The notes under the pieces were generated by a model. The model searched no databases, was not told where the DNA came from, and was given only the letters and a program-made list of their open reading frames with translations. This document shows positions 14,501 to 25,859 of a DNA stretch of 64,000 nt, in pieces. The DNA comes from Malacoraja senta (lineage: Eukaryota): positions 1 through 64,000 of the forward strand of contig JAXLNO010000267.1 in the NCBI GenBank assembly GCA_038087875.1, given 5' to 3'. Within the stretch, counting starts at the first letter, position 1; every line of letters starts with the position of its first letter. Both the position numbers and the translations under genes were made by a program.

Positions 14501-16811
14501 TGGTCATCAAGTGTGTCTTTCCTTTGGCCAAGCTCAGTATGAAAGTATTAATGCTTATGGCATGAGTGACAGCACAACGAGTGCAAACACTTGGAAAATT
14601 ACAAATAGACAGTATGGAAGTAACTGAAGATAAGGTTACATTCTATATCTATGACCTACTAAAGCAAATTAGGCCAGGTGTGACAGGATTTAAAATTATA
14701 CTAGCAGTATATCCAAATGATCCATGTCTCTGTATTAAGACATATTTGTTACAATACATTGAGGTCACAAAGAATTTGAGGAATACGGAAACTGGGTTGT
14801 TGATCACACACAAGAAACCACACAAGAGAGTTTCAATACAGACTATTTCCAGATGGATAAAATAAGTCTTAACAGCTGCTGGTATTAACACTTATGTTTT
14901 TACGTCTCACTCGACTAGGGCAGCAGAAACGTCGGCGGCCAGGGCAAAAGACGTCCCCGTCGACCATATCCTCGCAGCCGCCGGGGTGGTCCAATGAGTT
15001 GATGTTTCAACATTTTTACCATCGGCCTATTGTTAATGCGGGGTTGTTTGCAGAAACTATTTTAAGTTCTGTGTAAATTCCTCTGGTTTAAAGGGGGTCT
15101 GATTAATTTCATTATTGAAATGAATTACTGCATTTGTGGTACAAATGTTATTATGAATGCATGATTGATTATTTCTCGTTCCAAGTCAATCAATGCAGTG
15201 AGAAGCCGGGATTGACCCACGGCATGAAATCACAAAGCTTTAAAATCTGCACGTAGTCACTCACGTGACTCTGAAGTAAAATAGTAAGATTAAACGAGAA
15301 CTTATCTAAGTTTGAAGTTTGATCTTTATTTTATGAGGAGTTACGTAGGTGATTACGTGCCCGCCACGACCCTACCCTCTATCATAAAGGTCAGATGGAA
15401 GTTCTTGTATTACTCGTTTTATTGTGAGACTATATTACTTTGGTTGTTGTTTTTTGTGATTTCACACCGCTGCTTTGAAGATTGACGCGCAGGCGCACTG
15501 GCGGGGTGCTTCACGTAATCACGTATATGGATAAAGTATTACAAATATTCCAACTGGGAGAGAATTTTATTTTATGGATTAAATTATTATATAATAAACC
15601 TACAGCTAGAATATTGACTAATAACATATTATCCTCGAAATTCCAACTATCAAGGGGAAATAGACAAGGATGCTCATTATCACCACAGTTGTTTGCTCTT
15701 ATTATTGAACATCTAGCAGAAAAAATTAGAATACACCCTGATATCCATGGGTATAATACTAAAGATTCAAATAATAAAATATCTTTATACGCGGATGACA
15801 TATTACTGTACATTACAAAACCTCAAATCACTATACCAAATATATTAAATTTAATTGAAGACTTTGGATCTTTTTCTGGATACAGAATAAATTGGAATAA
15901 AAGTGAAATTATGTCAATAAAACCAAAAGATTCAACACATCTTTTAAAATTCCCTTTTAAAATAGCTACTGAAGATTGTTTCTGATCTGTCGGATAGGTG
16001 TATGGGGATTTGTCTTTATTATAGAGAGAATTCTTCTGTCATCAGCTGTGGAGGTCTTCCTTGGCCTGCCAGTCCCTTTGCGATTAGTAAGCTCACCAGT
16101 GCTCTCTTTCTTCTTAATGATGTTTCAAACAGTAGATTCTGGTAAGCCTAAGGTTTGGCTGATGTCTCTAACAGTTTTATTCTTGTTTCTCAGTCTCATT
16201 ATGGCTTCTTTGACTTTCATTGGCACAACTTTGGTCCTCATGTTGATAAACAGCAATAAAAGTTTCCAAATGTGATGGAACGACTGGAGGAAAGACTAGG
16301 TGCTGAGAGCTCTCTTCTCCCTGCATTAAGGAGGCAATTAAACACACCTGAGCAAATACAAATGCCTGTGAAGCCATGTGTCCCAAATATTATGGTGCCC
16401 TGAAATGGGGGGGCTATGTATAAACACAGCTGTAATTTCTACATGGTGAAACCAAAATGTGTAAAAATACCCTTTAATAAAATCTGACAATGCGCACTTT
16501 AACCAAATGTGATTTTTTTCTATTACAAATCTCAAATTGTGGAGATAGAGGTAAATAAATAAATGATGGGTTTATGTCCCAAACATTATGGAGGTCACTG
16601 TGTGTCCTCTGGTTCTCGATTCTCAGACTTGCACACCAGGGTCTCTCTATTCCATTGCTTATTTATTGGAAATAGGATGTCTGTCTATTGTATTGCATTT
16701 CCAAATCATCTGGAATCTGGAAGTTTTAAATAATTTTCATGAAAATATAATTGCTTCGTAAAATCAGCGAGAGAACTAAAAAAAAAACAAATAGTAGAAA
16801 TGTCTTGGTAT

Positions 16812-17500
16812 TAGACAATAGACAATATGTGCAGGAGTAAGCCATTCGGCCCTTTGAGCCAGCACCGCCATTCAGTGTGATCATGGCTGATCATCCACAA
16901 TCACTACCCCGTTCCTGCCTTCTCCCCATATCCCCTGACTCCGCTATCTTTAAGAGCCCTATCTAGCTCTCTCTTGAAAGTATCCAGAGAACCGGCCTCC
17001 ACTGCCCTCTGAGGCAGAGAATTCCACAGACTCACAACTCTCTGTGTGAAAAATTGTTTCCTCATCTCCGTTCTAAATGGCTTACCCCTTATTCTTAAAC
17101 TGTGGCCCCTGGTTCTGGACTCTCCCAATATCGGGAACATGTTTCCTGCCACTAGCGTGTCCAAACCCTTAATAATCGTATATGTTTCAATAAGATACCC
17201 TCTCATCCTTCTAAATTCCAGAGTATACAAGCCCAGCCGCTCCATTCTCTCAGCATATAACTGTCCCGCCATCCCGGGAATTAACCATGTGAACCTACGC
17301 TGCACTCCCTCAATAGCAAGAATGTCTTTCCTCAAACTCGAAGTTTACCTTCTATTGCTCTTTAAACGTTACCCAATCCTCTGGCTTCCCACTCATCTTT
17401 GCTATGTTGTACTTCTCTTTTGTTTTTATACTGTCCCTGACTTCCCTTGTCAGCCACGGTCGCCCCTTACTCCCATTGGAATCTTTCTTCCTCTTTGAAA
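16812..17500 (-). mobile_element. CR1 3' fragment with internal deletion
   Basis: KDILAIEGVQRRFT...RGYGEKAGTG plus CR1 3' UTR. Confidence 0.88.
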
Positions 17501-18418
17501 TTAACTTTTGTTCATTCCTCTTTGGAATTAAATTTTGGCAATATTGCAGTAAATAGCCCAAATCATTTTTCGACTCCTGTATTGAATATCATGTTTTCTT
17601 TCCTTTAGAAATAGTTTTATTTTCAAATATTTGCATTGCTTTCGCTTCAGACAAAATTGTGTAAATCAGCATTTCACACAGTTATATCATACATTAATGC
17701 TGGCAGTCGCTGTATGAATAATATTTGCCATGTTAAAAACAAATTACCATCATTTAGAATAATTCCATATTTATTTATCACACGATCGCTCTATAAATTG
17801 CTGTTTGTAATCCAACAACATTTCCCGCATCAGCAACTTATAGGCAGCGCTGACAATAGATGGAAAACACTTTGCAATCAATTTGAAGCTCAAAATTACA
17901 CTTCTGCTTGTAAGTAGTAGGTATTGGATTTGATTTACCAATAATTACATTGTAATGGATTATTCATGCACATAGTGCTGTCCAAATGAAAATGAAATTA
18001 AACCCTTGTTAATTGATTGTTTGTGTGTGGCAGGAAAAATAGCCTGATATCTTTAGACAATCTGTGATGATTGCCAAATGAACTATTGTTTAATGTTCTA
18101 ATTACTTTAAACACAAGTTTTTAAGATTTATCCAGTGAATCACATTTAAATAAGCTATCCTCTCCATGAACTACGACATTTTTGTTCATTATTTCAGTTT
18201 GATTTGCCTCAGAATTCATTTGAATGCAGTGGACGTGCCAATATCTATAGGTCTAAAACATATCCTAATTTTAATGATGAGGAGTTGTGCTTTAGAGCCA
18301 GTTATGGGTCCAGCTAACTTGTTTCAGCACACCTACCAAACAATCTTCCATCTGACCATGAAAATGGCCTGCAGTTGCTTTGCCTTTCACAACAAAGTCA
18401 AATCCAACCCAGCCGTTT

Positions 18419-21400
18419 CCATATAACCATATAACCATAACAGCACGGAAACAGGCCATCTCGGCCCTTCAAGTCCGTGCCGAACACTTTTTTTTTTTTT
18501 TAATTTTGTGTTTATTTTTATTTGCTTCCCCCTAGTCCCATCTACCTGCACTCAGACCATAACCCTCCATTCCTTTCCCGTCCATATACCCATCCAATCT
18601 ATTTTTAAAGGATAACATCGAACCTGCCTCCACCACTTCCACTGGAAGCTCATTCCACACAGCTACCACTCTCTGAGTAAAGAAGTTCCCCCTAATGTTC
18701 CCCCTAAACTTCTGTCCCTTAATTCTCAAGTCATGTCCCCTTGTTTGAATCTTCCCTACTCTCAATGGGAAAAGCTTATTCACGTCCACTCTGTCTAACC
18801 CGCTCATAATTTTAAAGACCTCTATCAAGTCCCCTCTTAACCTTCTGCGCTCCAAAGAATAAAGACCTAACTTGTTCAACCTTTCTCTGTAACTTAGTTG
18901 CTGAAACCCAGACAACATTCTAGTAAATCTCCTCTGTACTCTCTCTATTTTGTTGACATCCTTCCTATAATTAGGCGACCAAAATTGTACTCCATACTCC
19001 AGATTTGGCCTTGTACAATTTTAACATTACATCCCAACTTCTATATTCAATGCTCTGATTTATAAAGGCCAGCACACCAAAAGCTTTCTTTACCACCCTA
19101 TCTACATGAGATTCCACCTTCAGGGAACTATGCACAGTTATTCCTAGATCCCTCTGTTCAACTGCATTCCTCAATTCGCTACCATTTACCATGTACATCC
19201 TATTTTGATTTGTCCTGCCGAGATGTAGCACCTCACATTTGTCAGCATTAAACTCCATCTGTCATCTTTCAGCCCACTCTTCCAAATGGCCTAAATCTCT
19301 CTGTAGACTTTGAAAATCTACTTTATTATCCACAACACCACCTATCTTAGTATCATCTGCATACTTACTAATCCAATTTTCCACACCATCATCCAGATCA
19401 TTGATGTACATGACAAACAACAGTGGACCCAACACAGACCCCTGAGGCACCCCACTAGTCACCGGCCTCCAACCTGACAAACAGCCATCCACCATTACTC
19501 TCTGGCATCTCCCATTCAGCCACTGTTGAATCCATCTTGCTACTCCACCATTAATACCCAACAATTGAATCTTCTTAACCAACCTTCCACGAGGAGCCTT
19601 GTCAAAGGCCTTACTGAAGTCCATATAGACAACATCCACTGCTTTACCCTCATCAATTTCCCTAGTAACCTCTTCGAAAAATTCAAGAAGATTAGTCAAG
19701 CATGACCTTCCAGGCACAAATCCATGTTGACTGTTCCTAATCAGACCCTGCTTATCCAGATGCTTATATATATTATCTTTAAGTATCCTTTCCATTAATT
19801 TGCCCACCACTGATGTCAAAGTAACAGGTCTATAATTGCTAGGTTTACTCTTAGAACCCTTTTTAAACAACGGAACAACATGCGCAGTACGCCAATCCTC
19901 GGGCACTATTCCCGTTTCTAATGACATTTGAAATATTTCTGTCATAGCCCCTGCTATTTCTACACTAACTTCCCTCAATGTCCTAGGGAATATCCTGTCA
20001 GGACCTGGAGACTTATCCGTTTTCATATTTTTCAAAAGTGTCCGCACCTCCTCTTCTTTGAATCTCACAGTTTCCATTGCTACTCTGCTTGTTTCCCTTA
20101 CCTCACATAATTCCATATCCTTCTCCTTGGTGAATACCGAAGAAAATAAATTGTTCAATATCTGCCCCATCTCTTTTGGCTCTGCAGATAGCTGTCCACT
20201 CTGACTCTCTAATGGACCAATTTTATTCCTTGTAATCCTTTTTCTATTAATATAGCTGTAGAAACCCTTTGGATTTACTTTCACCTTACTTGCCAAAGCA
20301 ACCTCATATCTTCTTTTAGCTTTTCTAATTTCTTTCTTAATATTCTTTTTACATTCTTTATACTCCTCAAGCACCTCATTTACTCCATGCTGCCTATAAT
20401 TATTGTAGATCTCTCTCTTTTTCCGAACCGGGTCCAATTTCCCTTGAAAACCATGGCTCTTTCCAATTTTTACTATTTCCTTTCAACCGAACAAGGACAT
20501 AATGATTCTGTACTCTTAAAATGTCACCCTTAAATGTCCTCCATTTTTCTTCTACATCCTTCCCATAAAACAACATGTCCCAATTCACTCCTTTTAAATC
20601 CTTTCGCATCTCCTCAAAGTTAGCCTTTCTCCAAACAAAAATCTCAACCCTAGGTCCAGTTCTGTCCCTCTCCATAATTATATTGAAACTAATGGTATTG
20701 TGATCACTGGACCCAAAGTGCTCCCCGACGCATACCTCCGCCACCTGCCCTGTCTCATTTCCTAACAGGAGGTTCAGCACTGCCCCTTCTCTAGTAGGTA
20801 ACTCTATGTATTGCTGCAAAAAACTATCCTGCACACATTTTACAAACTCCAAACCATCCAGCCCTTTTACAGAATGTGTTTCCCAGTCTATGTGTGGAAA
20901 CTTGAAATCTCCCACAATCACTACCTTGTGCTTACTACTAATATCTGCTATCTCCTTACATATTTGCTCTTCCAATTCTTGCTCCCCATTTGGCAGTCTA
21001 TAATACACAGTCTATAAGTGTTGCTACACCTTTCCCATTTCTCAGTTCCAACCAAATAGCCTCCCTAGACGAGCCCTCTAATCTATCCTGCCAAAGCACT
21101 GCTGTAATATCTTCCTTGACAAGCAATGCAACACCCCCACCTCTTGCCCCTCCAATTCTATCACCACTGAAGCAACGAAATCCTGGAATATTTAGTTTCC
21201 AATCACAGCCCTCCTGCAACCATGTTTCACTGATCGCCACAACATCATACTTCCAGGTGTCAATCCAGGCTCTAAGCTCATCCACCTTTCTTACAATGCT
21301 CCTAGCATTAAAATATACACATTTAAGAAGCCCACCACCACTTATTCTCTGTTTATTATCTTTTTCTTCTTTCTCCCCTACATTTTGGGTCCGAGTGCTT

Positions 21401-21590
21401 TCCTTCTCTGCCTCCTGCCTCCCATATTTTCCACTAGCTTTCTCTATTTGAGTCCCCCTCACCGAACCGTTCTAGTTTAAAGTCTCCCCAGTAGCCTTTG
21501 CAAATCTCCCCGCCAGGATATTGGTCCCCCTCGGGTTCAAGTGCAAACCGTCCTTTCTGTACAGGTCACACCTTCCCCAAAAGAGGTTTC
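18419..21590 (-). mobile_element. Near full-length CR1 LINE (end of esterase ORF1 plus APE-RT ORF2, frameshifted)
   Basis: ORF1 DGLHLN esterase motif; NARSI, SETWL, GDF, SSDH endonuclease motifs; RT with YADD; (TTATATGG)n tail. Confidence 0.93.
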
Positions 21591-22099
21591 CTACACTGTC
21601 AATAATGAACACAACCTGTACTTTAGACAAGCCTTCCCAAATGGTTCCTGGGTGCTCTATCAAACAAAACCAACTTGTTCAGTCAGCAACTACCTGCTCG
21701 GAGGGTGAGCAACTTTGCTACCATTCTTGATTTGTATTCTGCAGGAGCAACTTGGCTTCAGACCTCATTACAGCTTTCCAAAAATGGACACAACACTCAA
21801 GTTCCAGCAAGATATTAGCAGAAGCTATTGGCACCAAGATGACATATGTCCAAGTGTGGAATTTCTATCTCACTGTATATTTGGAGCACTTCATCATGCA
21901 GAGTTCATTCATCATTACCTCCCCAGGACAATGAAAGCATGAAATAATAACATTCATACATGCCACTATACTTATTAAGATTTTTTTTTAATGCAACATT
22001 TAAGCAAATAATAAGGAAATGTAGTAGGATATAAGGGAAACTGCAGACTTGTATACAAGTAATAATTTCCAGTGTCCAACCATTTGTGTTAATCTGAGA

Positions 22100-22530
22100 A
22101 AAATACACAATGTGCTGGAGTAACTCAACAGGTAAGGCAGCATCTGAGGACATGGATAGGTGATGTTTCAAGTCAGGATCCTTGAGACTGTTTGGAGGGG
22201 TGGGGGGGAAGCTGGAAGAGAGGAGGGGCAGGACAAAGCCTGGCAGGTAATAGATTGATACAGGTGAGGGGGGTTTTGACAGAGGCCAGAGAAAAAAAGA
22301 CAGGTGTGTGTTAAAAGAATTGAAGAGTTGTTAACTGTGAAGCTGGAGGAAGGAATGTCAGTGGAAGGGGAGGGGAAGGGTAGACAAATGTGCACTGGGG
22401 AGGAGAGGAGGGGGCTAGGGGGGAAGAAGGGAGAGGTTTATAGATACCTATAATTGGAGAATTCAGTGTTCATACCGTTCTGTTGTGAGCTACCCAAGTG
22501 GAATATGAGGTGTTGTTTTTCCCGTTTACC
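22100..22530 (-). mobile_element. Penelope-like 3' end
   Basis: Reverse complement resembles 36100-36360 (LIFHLGSSQQNGMNTEF). Confidence 0.75.
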
Positions 22531-24232
22531 ATCGGGTTGTATACTAATCCTATTGGGTCAATCTGAAAATTGATTATATTTTCTTATTATTTTATTTGTG
22601 GAACTTGCAATGAGAGACAGGTAACATGGAGGTTAAGAGGAGATTTCATTAAAATATAGAAATTTATGAGAGTCTTTGACAGTACCTGTTTTCCTTAGAA
22701 GAGCAGACAATAATTAAAAAGCATAGATTTAAGTTAACTGGCAAAATAATTGGAAGGGAGCTGAGGGAAAAAGTTGTGATTGAGTGGACGCAGCCTGGAG
22801 TTTACAGCTTGAATGGCTAATGGAGAGAGAAATGTAAAAAGTATCTGGATGGGCACTTAAAGAGCATTAGTTTGCACAGCTATGGGTCAAGGGTTAGGAA
22901 ATGTTAGGAAATTGGCGTGGACGCAATGGTCTCCTTCTGTATCGTCAATTTCAATGATACTCAGTTTCCTCAATGTCCTGCCCTGATGTTTTTTTCTTTA
23001 CCACCACAGTTTTCATAATTTAGGCATTTATGCCAACGATATCCTAGAACTATCACAGATACAACCAACAGAACGCTCACTTGATGCTCTTGCATTGTGC
23101 AATTTACTGATGCAGTGCGATGTGATACGAGCCAGCACTATCCACAACCCGATATTACTGATATCACTGAAGACTGTGCTACAACTGTTTTTTTTAATAG
23201 AATTATCACACCAAATTTATGCCTTTATATGAATCGATTCAATTCACGTATTCAAGTCAAATAGTCATTAGGTTCTTCAATAGTTTCAGAAGATAAGCTC
23301 ATTCAAACACTTTCTAAAAAACCTGCAGTTTCTCATTATAGTATGCAATTTCTTTAATTGCCTTATCTGCCATTTAGACCAAGTCTGATGATCTGGCATT
23401 AAAGAGAGTCGCATCAAACAGGCATGAACAAACAGCATGATGTGAATTTCATATTGGTTTTAACCAAGTGCATCTAGCAGGTAATTTAATACCTCCTAGT
23501 GCATGAACTGATTCAGAGGCAGTTATTTGTATAATTCCTGAAGGACGATTTTGAGTTTGGGAATTCCTGATGTGAAGTTGAGTACAGAGCTTCCTAGATT
23601 GAATGTACAACATAAAAAATAATTTTCATATATGTTATCTAATGTGCCTTTTTAGTCAGAACTTTGCCATTGTAGGGTTCAGCTAACATGTGTTAGTTGG
23701 TTGAACCATAAATAAAACACATTGACCTTGATTTCTTCCAGTAAAACAGCACCAATCTCACTGCTTGAATATGGAGAAAGTCTCAGGAAATTCAATCCCA
23801 TTGATCTTTATAATTTTAAAATAATTTCACGCTAGAATGAGCTCCATAATTTTTTTCAGGCTCTTATCAATTTTAAACAGAAACTTGCTATCATGCAAGT
23901 TATAACAGGATTGCTATCCAATGAAGCCTGGGTTTCTGCTTGCCATTTCCATTCCTTTGGATCTCAGTTGTATTTCAGAAGAAGATTCTGAGCAGAAACT
24001 AGTAGAAGTCTCAGTGGAAGGAACAGAAAGTTGGTTGACTTCAAGCCTGGAAAAGTGATGCCTTTTTATTATGAAAAAGTAAAATTACTTAACAAGTAAA
24101 ATTTTGTAGATTTTGTTTTCTTCTTCAATATCTGGCAGTCACTATGTAGATATTCTGTCTATAAACATGGTTTATTCAGCTGCTGTCCATGCTAATTATC
24201 TAAAGTATTCCTGAAACCAATTTCAGGGATTT

Positions 24233-25643
24233 TAGACAATAGGCAAATTGGTGCAGGAGTAGGTCATTCGGCCCTTCGAGCCAGCACCATCATCCACTGT
24301 GATCATGGCTGATCATCCCCAATCAGTACCCCGTTCCTGCCTTCTCCCCATATCCCTTGACTCTTGGTTCTTGGTTTCTTGGTCCTCCAAAATATTCCAA
24401 ATGGAATTTAAACTGGAGGTGGTGGAGGGAGGACTTAAGCCAGAAAGGGTTTTTGGGAAGAAAGAGCTACCTTAAATTTAGTTGCATCTGGTTGGGTAAC
24501 TATAGTAGGGTGGAGATTATTCCATGCTATAATTGTGCGGGGGAAGAATGAATTGCTGTACACATCTGTCTTAGTAGCTGGAATCACAAATTGGATCGAA
24601 TGCCCTTGTCTGCTCCTAATTGGTTTGGGTTCGGTGTAGGTCTTGTAATCTATGTCGAGATGACCATTTAACATTTTGTAAAAACAGGTCAAACGGTGAG
24701 CTTCACGTCTGTCTTGGAGAGGGTTCCACCCCAGAGAATTCAGTAGTTTGGTAACACTCGCTTCTCTCTCATAGGTGTTAGTAACAAATCAAGCTGCCTG
24801 TCTTTGGACACGTTCGATGGAAGAAATGTTTTTATTTGTGTATGGGTCCCATGCTGCAAGTGCGTAGTCCAAACGAGGTCTAACGAGGGTGAAGTATAGC
24901 TTCTCCTTGACAGAAGTTGAACAATGATGAAAGTTGCGCCTCAGAAAATTTAGGACACCTGTTGCTTTCACCGTTGCATGATGAGTCTGACCATTCCAAC
25001 GCAGATCATTCTGCAATTTGATACTTGGTTTGTTTGGATTCTTCAAGGGTGGTACCAAGTATATTGTACGATGTTTCGCCTGGATTCCTCTTTCTGGTGA
25101 CACGCATGGTTTCACATTTGGAAGGGTTGAACTGCATGCCCCATTGGTGTGACCATTCAACCATTGTATCGAGGTCCTTTTGGAGAGCATCTTCATCATC
25201 AGCTGACTTAATTGGACGGTACGCAAACAATCATGAGCGACTCTACTATCTTTAAGAGCCCTATCTAACTCTCTCTTGAAAGCATTCAGAGAATTTGCCT
25301 CCTCTGCCTTCTAAGGCAGATAATTCCACAGATTTCCCAACTCTCTGGGTCAAAAAGTTTTTCCTCATCTCCATTCTCAATGGCCTACCCCTTATTCTTA
25401 AACTGTGGCCCCTGGTACTGGACTTCCCAACATCCCAAAAATGTTTCCTGCCTCTAGCGTGTCCAATCCCTTAATATTTTTTTCTATTTCAATAAGATAC
25501 CCTCTCATCCTTCTAAATTCCAGTGTATACAAGCCCAATGGCTCCATTCTTTCAACATATGACAGTCCCGCCATCCCGGGAATTAACCTTGTGAACCTTC
25601 GCTGCACTCCCTCAATAGCAAGAATGTCCTTCCTCAAATTTTG
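24233..25643 (-). mobile_element. CR1 3' fragment interrupted by a second LINE
   Basis: CR1 sequence at 24233-24364 resumes at 25239-25643. Confidence 0.85.
24365..25238 (-). mobile_element. Divergent CR1/L2-group LINE 3' fragment with (CCAAGA)n-like tail
   Basis: LVRPRLDYALAAWDPY..IERVQRQAARFV..NSFFPRTIIAWNNL; TSD GACTCT at 24359-24364 and 25239-25244. Confidence 0.8.
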
Positions 25644-25859
25644 AACCAAATCATTTTCAATTGTCGACTAACATTTCATCAACATAGCAAGAATAAGAAC
25701 TAATCAAATGAGCAACAGTGTGTGTGTGCACCCAGACAATAATGCTACATTAGGGAGATGTGCTGAAAGTAGAGGTTCTAGCTTCTGTATCCCATCCCAC
25801 CACATTGCCCTTCTCCCTCCCCCGTACACACAGAAGTCAAGAGTGTTTTATTGTCATAG

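Larger units (their letters stand above)
9473..15522 (+). mobile_element. DIRS-type tyrosine-recombinase retrotransposon, decayed but nearly complete
   Basis: gag-like region about 11000-12300; RT YLDD near 12840; RNase H TDASALGWG near 13333; methyltransferase-like AIDAF..YIFPPF..PDWPTQPWYP at 13830-13980; YR motifs INSARSALS, TAQRVQTL, HSTRAA at 14110-15076. ITRs at 9499-9511 plus 10853-10878 versus 15483-15522; internal complementary region 15250-15360. Confidence 0.92.
7210..15968 (-). mobile_element. L1-clade LINE, 5'-truncated with 5' inversion (sense part 7210-9050 on -, inverted part 9051-15968 on +, interrupted by DIRS)
   Basis: Poly(T) at about 7209-7225. ORF2 C-terminus on - strand includes the ICDKCQ...H..C Cys motif. 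RT motifs on + strand: SYRAIALLNTDQKI, DAEKAFD, RQGCSLSP, YADD. 15-bp TSD CTGAAGATTGTTTCT at 7195-7209 and 15969-15983. Confidence 0.92.
6182..16600 (-). mobile_element. Tc1-family IR/DR DNA transposon, split by an L1 insertion
   Basis: TA|CAGTGCTCTCCATAATGTTTGGGAC at the left end and GTCCCAAACATTATGGAGGTCACTG|TG at the right. TIRs are about 225 bp with inner direct repeats near 6383-6406 and 16378-16403. Transposase halves lie at 15984-16270 and 6438-7194 (KHGGG, QQDNDPKH, WPSQS..LNPIE). Confidence 0.93.

Noticed and set aside
23959..24058. AG-preceded frame EEDSEQKLVEVSVEGTESWLTSSLEK*
   Set aside because: Short, with no recognisable homology; compatible with chance.
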